A stretch of 64,000 nucleotides of DNA from a bacterium (GCA_963662285.2 CAXXMV010000006.1:1824001-1888000); one strand, 5' to 3'. Positions 1 to 11,057 are shown, counted from the stretch's first letter. Notes: a model not told the origin generated them from the sequence alone. A program made the numbers and translations.

Positions 1-445
1 TATGCGGGCGTTGGACACGGCGCTAGAAATGTACCGTATGGATAACAGCCATTATCCATTCTGGCGGGATTCAGCCGGAACCAATATCAATCCGGTCAAC
101 CGTAGATTAATCCCACTTACCTCTCCCATGTCATACATGAGCGCCGTTCCCCAGGATCCGTTCATCTATGGCGCTCCAGGCGCTCGTTTGGACGATTCAC
201 AGCATGAAGCTTATGTTACATACGATTATGTCGAAGCCGATTCAGCCAGACGACTGGGCGTCACTTCGCTGGGTGCAGGCTGGAGATGCGGCACGTGGCG
301 TCTCAATGGATATGGTCCTGATGGAACTAATAATACTGGAACAGTTACCTATCAAGCTTCCAATGGCTTGCGCAGCGTTGGCGATGTCATTCGCTTGGGA
401 CCACGGGCGAGTCTCCCCTGTGATGATTCAATGGTCAACAGGTAA
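1..445 (+). CDS. GspG-like type II secretion pseudopilin family protein, 5'-partial (start lies upstream of the window)
   Basis: MRALDTALEMYRMDNSHYP, LIPLTSPMSYM, QDPF, WRLNGYGPD and YQASNGLRSVGD align block by block with the complete prepilin at 46778-47368. Confidence 0.8.
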   Translation, partial: MRALDTALEMYRMDNSHYPFWRDSAGTNINPVNRRLIPLTSPMSYMSAVPQDPFIYGAPGARLDDSQHEAYVTYDYVEADSARRLGVTSLGAGWRCGTWRLNGYGPDGTNNTGTVTYQASNGLRSVGDVIRLGPRASLPCDDSMVNR

Positions 446-472
446 TAATAGATTTACTGATATAATTATCTT

Positions 473-514
473 AAACGGGTGGGCTTGCGTTTAGCGCAGT
501 CCACCCGTTTTTTT
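473..514 (+). terminator. Intrinsic terminator after the pseudopilin
   Basis: AAACGGGTGG...CCACCCGTTT stem followed by a T-tract. Confidence 0.75.
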
Positions 515-613
515 ATATGCGGCTGTAATAAAAATGCATTAGTGCGTCCATCAAAATGCTTATCCTCGAATATCACTATACGCAATATTATGAAAATAAT
601 TATCCCTTTTTAT

Positions 614-658
614 AAAAAAAACCCGCCGCCGGGAGGTAACTGGCTTCCGGCGGCGGGT
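614..658 (-). terminator. Intrinsic terminator for the 686-3583 minus-strand unit
   Basis: ACCCGCCGCCGG/CCGGCGGCGGGT perfect stem preceded by an A-tract on the + strand. Confidence 0.85.
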
Positions 659-685
659 GAATCATCTTTTGACTATAGTTTCAAG

Positions 686-1342
686 TCATTGATCTTTACT
701 CGATTCGTTATCGCTGGGCTTCTCTTTAGGTGCATCATCAAATTCAAAATACTTATGATCATAGGGTGGAAGAATGATATCCGAATCATCCTTGGTTGAT
801 GGATTCTCATTCAAGATTTTGATTTGGATTGAATTTGTCTTAGGGTTGGAAGCAGTGCTAGTTTTATAATCCAAACAAGCAAAACTGGCTGAGATTATAT
901 AATCTCCACTCATAGACATATCGTACATTCGGTCAATCTGAAATTTCTTGGTATACGTATCATCAGGTTTGAATTTCAAGAAATGTCCAGACAAACTTCC
1001 TGGGATTAGATTCTTGTACAATGCCCACCCATAACTAGTTACATTGGATACTTTGTTTTCTGAATTGTTTTTGACAGAAAAAGTGAATTGATCTTCTCCA
1101 AAAGAAGGAGGCAGAAAAAACGTCATTGTTGAATCCGTGATGTTAGTTGCCGTTATCGAAAGTATGATCGGTTCGCATGGCGTATAAACATCTTTATCGG
1201 AGGTTAACAATAACTCAACTTGCTTATCATCACTCACTGCCTTTTTTTCTGTTTTGGTTGATTTGAATTCAGCAGAAAAAATGAGTAATGGAATAAACAT
1301 GAATAATGATTGGATAAATATTAACGATTTTATTTTTGACAT
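686..1342 (-). CDS. Hypothetical secreted protein with an Ig-like beta-sandwich
   Basis: Signal-like N-terminus; LLLTSDKDVYTPCEPIILSITATN...GDYIISASF beta pattern; AGGAG RBS upstream. Confidence 0.7.
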   Translation of the reverse strand: MSKIKSLIFIQSLFMFIPLLIFSAEFKSTKTEKKAVSDDKQVELLLTSDKDVYTPCEPIILSITATNITDSTMTFFLPPSFGEDQFTFSVKNNSENKVSNVTSYGWALYKNLIPGSLSGHFLKFKPDDTYTKKFQIDRMYDMSMSGDYIISASFACLDYKTSTASNPKTNSIQIKILNENPSTKDDSDIILPPYDHKYFEFDDAPKEKPSDNESSKDQ

Positions 1343-1360
1343 TACTAGTCTTCTCCTTTA

Positions 1361-2752
1361 TTATAATTTACACCCATCCCAAATTGGAAAGGAAAATGTA
1401 TCTACTCCAGTTGGGTTGATAGTGAATTGCCTTGCTATTTGAGTCCATGGTGCTGTTACTATTGCTTTCCATTGCCAATTTAAGCGACGGATTGGTACAT
1501 AAATTGAGTTTGCTGAAGTTGGTTTGAACATCAACCATAAACTAAAATTATCATCAACACATATACCATCATATATATTAGTATCTGCGTCTTGAAAAGG
1601 GGAATCTGATAGATGAGGATATGGTATTGCTTTATCCAGCATATTGGTTATTGTACCACTTGTATATTCATTTGAACCTATCGGTTTTTTTCCGCGAGTT
1701 GAACTGATGATAGTTTGTATGAAAGATAAATTACCATCAGCACCATTTGACATAGAATTTGAAAGATTGTATGAAATACCTGCTTGAACGGGTGCATTAT
1801 TTCCAAATACTAATCTTCTCACTTGTCCATTTGGAATAACGATTATCGTAGAAGTTATTGATGTCAAATCCGCAGATGGCCGTTTAACATCACAATATGC
1901 TTCAATTCCAAAAGCTCTATTGCCAAGTTCAACTACGTACGTGACTTGTTGATCTTCTCCGCCGTTTACCCAATAATAATTGACTGATGTGTTCTCTAAA
2001 TCCGCAGGTTCGAGAGGAACTACACGGCCTTCCGTAGTATCAGCAATATAATTCTTGACCTTTTTGGTTCCTTGAATCGTCCATTGGTTAGAAGAAACAA
2101 AAGCATTTGCAGCGCTCGGTTCGACTGTACCCGTCAGACTGATTTTCTCGCCGACTGAGACAGTTGGATCATTCGATACTATTGAAACTCCATTACGTTT
2201 GATATCCACTTTCACGACATAGACATCCATGTGAACAGTTGAGTAGTTGTGGATGACATACGATCCATACCCATCTTTCTCGCAATTCCAGCCGGTGTGA
2301 GTTCCCTGTACATAACCTGCAAGAGCTTGCTGGTCATTGTAATTAACCGTAAAAGTATTCAAGAGTCTGGTTCCGCTACCACCACTATTTGTGAAAGTGC
2401 TGTCTTTAGCAGTGCAATCTCCACACTCCGTTGAAGCCGTTCCATACGAATAATCAAACTGTGTTACAAATGGTAAATAATTATTGTTATTAAAAGGATC
2501 TATTACTTGACCAATTAGAATGTACTTAACGGTATGAGGAACTGAATAGTAATCCAAATATACGTTTTCACTTAATTCTGATTGTGCGATAATATAACCG
2601 CCTTTTTCCGCCCACATTACATATCTATCCGGCGTGTCGCAATCGGGCGGCGGCGCGCAGGCGTTAATTGATGATACGCCAAAAGCAATAATTATAAAGA
2701 AGGGAATTATTGCAAGTAGTGGTTTTCTTATATTGATGTTATCTATAAACAT
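1361..2752 (-). CDS. Hypothetical secreted beta-rich protein
   Basis: 463-aa ORF, signal peptide, Cys-containing N-region, AGGAG RBS upstream. Confidence 0.75.
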   Translation of the reverse strand: MFIDNINIRKPLLAIIPFFIIIAFGVSSINACAPPPDCDTPDRYVMWAEKGGYIIAQSELSENVYLDYYSVPHTVKYILIGQVIDPFNNNNYLPFVTQFDYSYGTASTECGDCTAKDSTFTNSGGSGTRLLNTFTVNYNDQQALAGYVQGTHTGWNCEKDGYGSYVIHNYSTVHMDVYVVKVDIKRNGVSIVSNDPTVSVGEKISLTGTVEPSAANAFVSSNQWTIQGTKKVKNYIADTTEGRVVPLEPADLENTSVNYYWVNGGEDQQVTYVVELGNRAFGIEAYCDVKRPSADLTSITSTIIVIPNGQVRRLVFGNNAPVQAGISYNLSNSMSNGADGNLSFIQTIISSTRGKKPIGSNEYTSGTITNMLDKAIPYPHLSDSPFQDADTNIYDGICVDDNFSLWLMFKPTSANSIYVPIRRLNWQWKAIVTAPWTQIARQFTINPTGVDTFSFPIWDGCKL

Positions 2753-2770
2753 AGTTGTTTTCTCCTTTGG

Positions 2771-3583
2771 TTAGTTAGATTGTTGATCCCTACGCTTTTG
2801 GATCTCATCTTGCCGTCTCTGTAATCTTTCTTCCCGTGTTTCGTTTTTGCGTCTCTCTTTCATAGATTTGTACTCATCATCCATCCGTTTGTACTCTTCC
2901 ATTTTGGAGATGGATTGTTCCATGCCTTGGGCCATATCGAGACACTGCTTGAATTCGGGTGTGGGGTGTGGCGGGATCAAAGCGTAGACCTGTTTTAGAG
3001 CTTCACGGGCTTCATTATACCTAGCGGTCATTGACAGATATTTGGCTTTGAGGCGGAGAACGTGAGGCATGATCTCATCATAAGGCGCATTCTCAAGGAT
3101 ATCGTTCAGGTAATCCAACGCTAAGGCGACGTCGCGGCCTCCGGGGTTATTCTTCGACGCGGTATAAACCGCCTTGCTCATCAGAGCGCTGGCGCCGGTG
3201 ATGGTATGGGGATAATAGTCCTGGAACAGTTGATCCCAGATTATCACGGCGTTCTGCCAATCGAATTTCCAGGAAAGGCTGTGGGCGTGCAGTTCAAGAA
3301 CGTGGGCGTAGAGGTCGGCGGGCATCTTGGCTTTCATTAGCGGATTGCTCTGCACTTCGGCATTGAGTCGCGCGCGGATTTTCTCATCTTCAAACATCTC
3401 GCTATTCAAGAGATACTCTGTTACCTCGCATATCTTGTGGCGCATATTTACGAGCCGTTCAAAATAATATGCGATGCGCAGAATGCGTCCTAAAGCATGT
3501 CCTGGGTCTTCGGCGTTGCGCTCGTAAAAGAGTTCGTCTTGCTTGTAATTGATTCTAGTGGATAGAAATAAAACACATTTCAC
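2771..3583 (-). CDS. Helical TPR-like hypothetical protein, probably 5'-truncated
   Basis: TPR-like helices (VLRLKAKYLSMTARYNEAREALKQV) and a charged C-tail; poorly spaced RBS/GTG with an in-frame stop 3 codons upstream; abrupt GC-to-AT switch near 3550. Confidence 0.55.
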   Translation of the reverse strand: MKCVLFLSTRINYKQDELFYERNAEDPGHALGRILRIAYYFERLVNMRHKICEVTEYLLNSEMFEDEKIRARLNAEVQSNPLMKAKMPADLYAHVLELHAHSLSWKFDWQNAVIIWDQLFQDYYPHTITGASALMSKAVYTASKNNPGGRDVALALDYLNDILENAPYDEIMPHVLRLKAKYLSMTARYNEAREALKQVYALIPPHPTPEFKQCLDMAQGMEQSISKMEEYKRMDDEYKSMKERRKNETREERLQRRQDEIQKRRDQQSN

Positions 3584-3946
3584 CCCTCCCTAATGATATA
3601 TGCAAGTCACTGTGCTTTATGTTTTAAAAAAAGCATGTAATTTTATAAGCTTCAAGTAAGAATTGTAATTTAAATCAAAATATCAAAATAACTGTTATGT
3701 TATAACATTATAATATTTATTTATAAGTATATGATAAATGCATATATTAAGCGTAGTTGTAGTAAACAAATATATTTATAGTATATCGAATGAACATTAT
3801 AGCATCTATTTATTAATGCATATTCAGCTGGAGGTGGGTAGAGAATAATTAAAAATATAGCGTAGTTTTACACGTAACTGTAAAATCTCCGTTATATATG
3901 TTAAGTTATTGGATGTTATACATTATTTAATTAAGGAGATATTAGA

Positions 3947-4498
3947 ATGAAATCTTATCGAGTATGGAATGCAAGAACAGTTTTTGTTTTGGGATTAATT
4001 ATAGTATGCATAGGCGCAACCAGCGTTTTTGCCCAAGAGCCTGAACCGCCATTCACCTGGAAAGGCGAGGGGACAGCCTTGATTGTAGGCGAAGAAGGGA
4101 TTAAAGAGATTTCTTTCACCGCCAAAGTGGATGTTGATTCTGATGGTTGGGTTAATGGAAAATTATGTGATGGTGATGATTGCGCCACAATAGAAAGAGT
4201 TTACTATGCTCCGTTTATAGAAGGCGCCCAGAAACTCTACATCGTTCTATCGGTTAAAGATGGTGAAAAAGATAAACTTGTGTTGCTTGATTGCCGTATG
4301 ATTGCTGGAATGTTATTGTATGGCGAAATCTTAATTAAAGACTTCGTTAAAGAGGGAGAGATCGAAAAAGGTCTAAGCATCGGCGATAAAGTCGCTCAGG
4401 AGATTTATGAAGACTATATGCCTACCGGATTAAAGAAGGCGCTAAAGGCTTTCAAACCATGCGGAGCGATGGCCATAAAAGGCAATTTCGTGAAATAA
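3947..4498 (+). CDS. Hypothetical secreted protein
   Basis: AAGGAG RBS; signal peptide ending VFA-Q. Confidence 0.75.
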   Translation: MKSYRVWNARTVFVLGLIIVCIGATSVFAQEPEPPFTWKGEGTALIVGEEGIKEISFTAKVDVDSDGWVNGKLCDGDDCATIERVYYAPFIEGAQKLYIVLSVKDGEKDKLVLLDCRMIAGMLLYGEILIKDFVKEGEIEKGLSIGDKVAQEIYEDYMPTGLKKALKAFKPCGAMAIKGNFVK

Positions 4499-4533
4499 TG
4501 ATAAATTGACCCATTATTATAATGTCAAATATC

Positions 4534-4573
4534 GGCCCGGTTATGAGACTCCTTCTCATAACCGGGCCTTTTT
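4534..4573 (+). terminator. Intrinsic terminator
   Basis: GGCCCGGTTATGAGA/TCTCATAACCGGGCC stem followed by TTTTT. Confidence 0.85.
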
Positions 4574-4782
4574 GTATTTTTCCTTAAAATTGGGCGAAAA
4601 ACGATTTTGATCAGTGACAAACTTAATAATTATTCGAATCAAATATTTTCTCCTAAACATATTTCAGTAAAACAACCATTTATGCTATTATGTTAGGGAT
4701 TGATAATCTAAATATTTATTAAAGAAACAATTCTAAACTTAATATTGGCGGTGGAAGCAATAATCGCTGGTCTGTTGGTATA

Positions 4783-5034
4783 ATGATCGATTACAGTAAG
4801 TTTTTTTCAAATTATAAATGCCCTAAATGTTTAGGGAAAACCTGCATCACTTCCGAGACATCAATCGGGAGTCTTCACCGGCGCCTCTTTTTCCGGACTC
4901 ATGATGATCGGTATCTGGTGGCTACATGCGCATTATGCGGCTATAGCGAATTGTATAGCTTAAAAGTTCTCGCCGCTGGAAAGAGCGAGATTCCCGCCAA
5001 AAAAACCAATCCGGCTATCGAAAATGCTGAATAA
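4783..5034 (+). CDS. Zinc-ribbon protein (DUF2082-like)
   Basis: CPKC...CALCGYSELY pattern, 83 aa. Confidence 0.75.
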   Translation: MIDYSKFFSNYKCPKCLGKTCITSETSIGSLHRRLFFRTHDDRYLVATCALCGYSELYSLKVLAAGKSEIPAKKTNPAIENAE

Positions 5035-5064
5035 AATAAGCCTTAATAAAATGGAGTTGGATAT

Positions 5065-5985
5065 ATGAAATATAGAACAACCTTGCTATGCCTGCTTTTA
5101 TTAGCAGGATCAACTGCCTGTCAAAAGAAACAAGATAGCATTAATACTCCACTTTCTGATATTAAGAGCATCAATACTCCTGTCCATGAACCTGAATTGA
5201 TTGCATTGAATGATATCAAGTCTCTTGATGAAAAATCTGTAGCGCGAATCGATGATAAAGATTTGGAAGAATTATCAGGTATGACTATCGCTATGCAGAA
5301 AAATCAGTTCTGGGGACATAACGATAAAGGCAATGATTCAGAGTTGTTTCGTTTCGATCTTGATGGCAAAGTGCTCCAAAAAGTAAAACTCAAAGGCGTT
5401 AAAAATGATGATTGGGAAGCCATCGAGCGTGATAATAAGGGTAATCTGTATATCGGTGGTATTGGCGACAACGAAGAAAAGAGAAAAGTCTACCGGATTC
5501 ATAAAATAAAAGAACCAATTGTTACAGCCAAAAAGATTGAAGAAATAGAAACGTACTCTTTCTTTTATGCTGACCATAAATCTCATAATTGCGAGGCGTT
5601 TTTTATTTTCAATGATATTTTCTATTTGATCACCAAAGTTGATAACAAGCGTAAATCCACCCAGCCGGAAATATACCGTTTAGAAAACCTAAAAGAAAAC
5701 CTAATCAATACTGCGGATAGAATAGGAACATTTAGTATTGGTGGAGAGGTTACCGATGCAATGTATTTGGATGCTTATAAATGCTTGCTTGTTCTTACAT
5801 ATTCAAAAATCGCTTTATATAGCGTCGAACAAGAGACCGATCTTCTATCAAAACCCATTTCCGTAATTGATATCGATTTTGGTCAATGCGAAGCAATCGG
5901 TTTTAATGGAAGTGATATTGTAATCACCAATGAGAAGGGTGAAATATGGAAATACGGTATTGATCGTTTTATAATTAAAAAATGA
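5065..5985 (+). CDS. Lipoprotein, beta-propeller-like hypothetical (SdiA-regulated/phytase-like)
   Basis: Lipobox STA-C; ELSG, WGHNDKG, DWEAI, NCEA and QCEAI motifs. Confidence 0.65.
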   Translation: MKYRTTLLCLLLLAGSTACQKKQDSINTPLSDIKSINTPVHEPELIALNDIKSLDEKSVARIDDKDLEELSGMTIAMQKNQFWGHNDKGNDSELFRFDLDGKVLQKVKLKGVKNDDWEAIERDNKGNLYIGGIGDNEEKRKVYRIHKIKEPIVTAKKIEEIETYSFFYADHKSHNCEAFFIFNDIFYLITKVDNKRKSTQPEIYRLENLKENLINTADRIGTFSIGGEVTDAMYLDAYKCLLVLTYSKIALYSVEQETDLLSKPISVIDIDFGQCEAIGFNGSDIVITNEKGEIWKYGIDRFIIKK

Positions 5986-6079
5986 TAATTAGAATTATTT
6001 ATGGTATTCTCGCAATACCCACAAAAGTGTTTTAATATGCTGCTAACTACTATTGAATCGTTGAGGTAAATAACTAATA

Positions 6080-6913
6080 ATGAACCGCAAAGATATTCCA
6101 CTGATAATCGCCTGTTGTTTCATCTTCATGGTAGGATTTATGGATCGTTCAATGGCTAAACAAGCGCCTTTGAAAATTGCTATCTGTCAGATTTTCGCCT
6201 TGGATGGAGACCGGGAAGGCAACTTTGTCCGGATTGAAAACGCCATCATTGAAGCGAAAGAACAGGGCGCCAAAATTGCCTGCTTGCCCGAAACCACTAT
6301 CCTGGGTTGGGTGAATCCCGATGCGCATCAACGGGCTTTCGCCATACCCGGCGACGATTCAAACAGGTTATGCGAGTTGGCTCGCAAACACGAAATCTAT
6401 GTCTCAGCCGGGCTGGCGGAGAAAGATGGCGACAATCTTTATGACTCGGCATTATTGATTGATGATGGCGGCAATATCCTGATCAAACATCGTAAGATCA
6501 ATACTCTGACTGAACTCATGGATCCGCCTTATACACGGGGTGAAGATGTACAAACGGCTGACACGCCATTGGGGCGCATCGGTCTGCTGATCTGCGCCGA
6601 TAGTTTTGACAATGATGTACTGAAACGCATGGCTGATTTAAAACCTGATATAATGCTGGTTCCTTATGGCTGGGCGGCTAAGGAAGATGCATGGCCGGAA
6701 CATGGCAAAGCGTTGGCTAACACAGTCTCCAACGCCGCTAAAGTAATTGGCGCCCCATTGATCGGAACCGACCTGGTTGGTGAAATTTCTCATGGCCCCT
6801 GGACGGGACAGATTTATGGAGGACAGAGCGTAGCGGCTGATAAAAATGGAACTATTTTAAATATTGCCAAAGACCGTGACCGGGATATCCTTCTACTGTC
6901 TCTTCACCGATAA
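6080..6913 (+). CDS. Carbon-nitrogen hydrolase (nitrilase superfamily), secreted
   Basis: Catalytic triad LPE / HRK / LICAD. Confidence 0.9.
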   Translation: MNRKDIPLIIACCFIFMVGFMDRSMAKQAPLKIAICQIFALDGDREGNFVRIENAIIEAKEQGAKIACLPETTILGWVNPDAHQRAFAIPGDDSNRLCELARKHEIYVSAGLAEKDGDNLYDSALLIDDGGNILIKHRKINTLTELMDPPYTRGEDVQTADTPLGRIGLLICADSFDNDVLKRMADLKPDIMLVPYGWAAKEDAWPEHGKALANTVSNAAKVIGAPLIGTDLVGEISHGPWTGQIYGGQSVAADKNGTILNIAKDRDRDILLLSLHR

Positions 6914-6953
6914 TATCTTTTTATATTGAAATTAAACTGAATAGGAAAATAAA

Positions 6954-7883
6954 ATGAAACGAAGAACCGCGCTTCAGGCTTTGACTGCTTCTTTACTGTA
7001 TCCTGCTCTATCTTCGAGCGCTTCATCATCAACCAAGAAATGCAAAACAGCTATTGGGCTGAATGGTTTTGAGTCTGTTGCGAGAAAAAATAAAAAAGAC
7101 TTCCCTATTTGGGAAATTCTAGATTTTGCATCAAACACAGGATTCGATGGCGTGGAACTGGTTGATAATTGGCCTATGGGCGCCTATCCAAAAGCAGCTG
7201 AGCAGGAGCGAATTCGTACATTGCGCCGCTTGTATGATCAATACGGTCTGCAAATATTCTCAATCCAAAATGGCGCGGGCGACGCCTTTGATCCCGATGC
7301 GGATAAGCGCAAAGCCTGGATCGCTCTGATGAGAGACCGGCTGCAATTCGCCAAAAGTGCAGGCTGCGATTGCTTCGGCATGTGGCCCGGAGGCGGCTTG
7401 CGCGGACAGATCATGAAGCAGGCCATCGAGAACCTATCGAGTTCATTCCGTGAGGTAGGCAAAATGGCAGCTGATCTTGGAATTATGGCCGCTTTTGAGA
7501 TTGAACCGCCCTTTGTATTTAATACGGAAAAACAATTAATTGCAATTCTGGAACAAGTCAATCATCCATCGTTGAAGACCATTTATGATCCAAGCCACTT
7601 TGATCTGATGAACGGCTCGACAGGCAAACCGCATGAGATGTTAGAACGTATTGGCGTATCCAATATCGGCTACGTCCATTTCACCGATACAGACGGAACC
7701 CTTCGTGATGGCGGGACATCCAAACACCTACCGTGTGGAGACGGGCATGTTGATATTCCCAAATCGCTATCAACGCTGCTGAAAGGCGGTTTCAACGGTT
7801 GGATTATGATTGACGAATGGGAAATCCCTGATCCCTATGACGCCTGCATCAAAGGCAAAAAGGCCATAGATAAGGTATTTTAG
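6954..7883 (+). CDS. Sugar phosphate isomerase/epimerase (xylose-isomerase-like TIM barrel), Tat-exported
   Basis: KRRTAL twin-arginine signal; GFDGVEL, FEIEP, YDPSH, HFTD, IDEW motifs. Confidence 0.85.
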   Translation: MKRRTALQALTASLLYPALSSSASSSTKKCKTAIGLNGFESVARKNKKDFPIWEILDFASNTGFDGVELVDNWPMGAYPKAAEQERIRTLRRLYDQYGLQIFSIQNGAGDAFDPDADKRKAWIALMRDRLQFAKSAGCDCFGMWPGGGLRGQIMKQAIENLSSSFREVGKMAADLGIMAAFEIEPPFVFNTEKQLIAILEQVNHPSLKTIYDPSHFDLMNGSTGKPHEMLERIGVSNIGYVHFTDTDGTLRDGGTSKHLPCGDGHVDIPKSLSTLLKGGFNGWIMIDEWEIPDPYDACIKGKKAIDKVF

Positions 7884-7952
7884 TTGTATTTGAAATGATA
7901 TCGACAAGCATATACCAAGAAAAATTGATCAAATAATCATAGGAGGTTTATT

Positions 7953-8873
7953 ATGAAATTAGGTTTTGTAAGCGCTATTTTAGAGGAATTATCATTGGAA
8001 GAACTGGTCAAGTTTGCTGCTGCGGAAGATTATGATTGCGTCGAACTGATGTGTTGGCCCAAGGGTAAGGCCGAACGTCGCTATGCAGGCGTAACCCATG
8101 TTGATGTAGCCGATTTCAGCGAAGATGACGCCAAGAAGACCAACGAGATCATGAACAACGCCGGCGTCTCAATCAGCGGTTTGGGTTATTATCCCAATCC
8201 TTTGACTCCAGATGCGGCTGAAGCTGATACTTATATCCAGCAGATAAAAAGAGTTATCCGCGCATCAGGTCTGTTGGGCGTCAATCAGATGAACACCTTT
8301 ATCGGTCGCGACTGGACTAAATCGGTTGATGACAATTGGCCAAAATTCCTGGAAGTATGGAAGCCATTGATTGCCTACGCTGAAGAACAAGGCGTCCGCA
8401 TCGGCATCGAAAACTGCCCCATGTCTTTCAGTAAAGACGAGTGGCCCGGCGGTAAAAACCTGGGAACCAGTCCAGCTATTTGGCGTAAGATGTATCAGGA
8501 TATCCCCAGCGATAATTTCGGCTTGAATTATGATCCGTCGCACATGATCTGGCAGCACATGGATTATCTCAAACCTATGAAAGAATTCAGCAATAAACTA
8601 TTCCATGTCCACGCCAAAGACGTTCGCATCGACCGCGATAAACTTGATGACGTTGGCATCATGGCTATGCCTGCTCAATACCATACGCCAAAGTTGCCTG
8701 GCATGGGTGATGTAGACTGGGGACAATTCTTCTCTGTATTGACTGATACCGGCTATGATGGCCCGGTTTGCGTTGAAGTCGAAGACCGCGCATTTGAAGG
8801 CTCTCTGGAAAACCGTAAAGCGTCACTAAGACAAAGCGCAACATATCTGCGTCAGTTTTTACCCAAGAGATAA
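7953..8873 (+). CDS. Sugar phosphate isomerase/epimerase
   Basis: [31 protein letters not shown] motifs. Confidence 0.9.
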   Translation: MKLGFVSAILEELSLEELVKFAAAEDYDCVELMCWPKGKAERRYAGVTHVDVADFSEDDAKKTNEIMNNAGVSISGLGYYPNPLTPDAAEADTYIQQIKRVIRASGLLGVNQMNTFIGRDWTKSVDDNWPKFLEVWKPLIAYAEEQGVRIGIENCPMSFSKDEWPGGKNLGTSPAIWRKMYQDIPSDNFGLNYDPSHMIWQHMDYLKPMKEFSNKLFHVHAKDVRIDRDKLDDVGIMAMPAQYHTPKLPGMGDVDWGQFFSVLTDTGYDGPVCVEVEDRAFEGSLENRKASLRQSATYLRQFLPKR

Positions 8874-8885
8874 TTGAAGCCTAAT

Positions 8886-9004
8886 GTAGGGTGCGCCCCT
8901 TGTGGGCGCCCGGTACAACACAATTACGTAGGGTGGGTCACGCCTTACCGACCCACCGATGATGCATAAATTCGGTGGGTCAAAAAAACGCGACCCACCC
9001 TACG
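8886..9004. repeat. GTAG-type REP plus inverted REP pair (REPIN-like)
   Basis: GTAGGGTGCGCCCC..GGGCGCCC at 8886; CGTAGGGTGGGTCACGCC..GACCCACC at 8927 with an inverted partner ending CCCACCCTACG at 9004; same REP at 17135 and 17345. Confidence 0.8.
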
Positions 9005-9016
9005 GGTTGATCCAAA

Positions 9017-9484
9017 TCATTTCAACAAATCATAGCGGATTTTTATAACCACTTTTTTGATATTCTCTGTTTTATCATCAATCTTCAATTGCGGCATGTG
9101 GGCGTCGTCCGGGAATAACGCAACGAAAAGATCGGGATTGATGATTAATTTCCCTGGAGCATCCGGTGAAGGTTCAAAAAAGATAACATCGTCATCATCG
9201 CTATAAGGAGTCTTTATATCAGGAACCAGGGTAGGGAACCATCCCATGGCTTCTTCTCCAGACAGCGTTGTCTGAATATCGACGTATTGCATGTGAGCTT
9301 CCAGTTTGGCTTCTTCAACAGGAATAGTGTCATAACTCATTACCCGCGCAAAGATGTCAGTTCCATCGATGGGGTATTCCCCCTCTTCTGTATCTGGCGT
9401 AAGAGTAACCAGGAAATTGAAGGCTTTTTCCCAAGCTGGACCGAATTTGTATAATTTCCAATTACTTATCTGATCAAATATCAT
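9017..9484 (-). CDS. YhcH/YjgK/YiaL (DUF386) family protein
   Basis: EAHMQYVDIQ and FPDDAHMP...KKVVIK motifs. Confidence 0.9.
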   Translation of the reverse strand: MIFDQISNWKLYKFGPAWEKAFNFLVTLTPDTEEGEYPIDGTDIFARVMSYDTIPVEEAKLEAHMQYVDIQTTLSGEEAMGWFPTLVPDIKTPYSDDDDVIFFEPSPDAPGKLIINPDLFVALFPDDAHMPQLKIDDKTENIKKVVIKIRYDLLK

Positions 9485-9613
9485 TTGCTTACTCCATATC
9501 TATAAGTATAGTTACGTTAATAATACGTGTTCTACAACTTTCTTTTCTAATTATAAATTTTATAAACTATACACCAAAACCAAAGCAAATCACACGTCAA
9601 ATAACCTGTCAAA

Positions 9614-10961
9614 TCATCTAGGGAAGATCTTTGCGTATTCCGAGCCATCCCATTTTATCTTCCAAACGGCGCCTTCTCCATAGAATAGGAGGTATTGATC
9701 ATCCAAAGTAGATATTACTATGCTATCCACTTTGAATGGAATATTTACGGTTTTGATCTTCTCACAGAATCGATCCTTGTCGCCGTTTTCTATTATTGAT
9801 GGCTTATAAATATCAAATGACGGATAATCTAAATTGTACCGTTTGTTCTTAAAATCGTATTCTGGTGAGAATGAGATAATCACTTGATTATTGTTCATTG
9901 ACAGAAGCGTTGACCATCTATTTTCCTTCTTTGGAATTGATCCACAGAATTTGAAGATATCATTGAATTCTCCATCTTTGATGCGACTGGTATTGATTTT
10001 AATAACCGGACAACGATCCCATTTACCAACCTGTGAGTAGATATAAGGTGATCGGCCATTGCTATTGTCGCATGATGAAAAATTATTAATGTATTCTTTC
10101 CACGTTACAAGTTCTGGGAGAAAACCACGCAGGTTATCAAAAGAGAATGCGGTCGTTTGAGGATTACCAGGAGAAAAGAAATAGAATTCTTTTTCAAATG
10201 GATTGGAACTTAAATAACATCCATTATCAAGATTTATAAGAGATTGCAGCCTATCACTGCTTTTCCACTCATTCAATAAAAGAAGTTGGCCTTGCTTTAA
10301 TGAATATTCCCTAAGTAAATCATACTTAAAACCTTGTGAAATTTCCTGGGCGACAATTTTGTTCTCACCTGCTACAGGAAAAAAGTAATTGGGAAAATCA
10401 TACTTCTTTTCAAGATTTCCGGAGATGCCGACATAGTAGAACTCATTTTCACTCTTCTGATAATATTTATTATTACGCAATTTTTTGGGTAATAACGGTA
10501 TCGACATGTAAATGGGATAATTTGAAGTTTGATGCACGAATTGAATAACAGGTTCACCATTTAAAGCAAAAAATCTTTGGGGGCTCCAAGATTCACTCTC
10601 TATTGTTTCCCCATCTACAATATATTCTTTGTTATTCCACTCACCGTTTAAGACGCTTACCGCTCTCGAACTATCGATCAAGAAACTACGGTATCTCATG
10701 ATCAGAGAGCCATCGTAATCTCTTGATGGCCAACAATAGTCGTTATAATAAAAACAGCAAAAGATATAGGGAGTACCTCTGATAGGTTTAATAGAAGTGC
10801 AGGTGAATCGTTCTTGATCTTCCTGCGTCCAACCGAAATCGTTTTTTTCTTCCGTGTTAAAATCTAATATAAACAGGATTATTAAAATAGTTATAATATA
10901 TCCCGCCGATCAGCGAAGAAACGATAAGACCCCAAAGAAGCCAACGGTATTTTTTTTGCAT
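9614..10961 (-). pseudogene. Frameshifted tandem paralog of 11118-12455 (membrane-anchored beta-propeller-like hypothetical)
   Basis: ATG at 10961 reads MQKKYRWLL...PVYIRF-stop; shifting +1 near 10860-10866 gives FNTEEKNDFGWTQEDQERF, open to 9614 and matching the paralog. Confidence 0.75.
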
Positions 10962-10994
10962 TTAGCATCTCCATAACTGGGACTATTCAGGGAA

Positions 10995-11057
10995 GTAGGA
11001 TGGGACAAAGCAATTGAAATTCTCTTCTTTTCAACTACCCTGGCAGCGTGTCCCATC
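10995..11057 (+). repeat. GTAG-type REP-like palindrome between the paralogs
   Basis: GTAG-GATGGGAC ... GTCCCATC inverted repeat. Confidence 0.45.

Noticed and set aside
168-799. ORFs 168-494 and 479-799
   Set aside because: They overlap real genes and terminators and show no coding features
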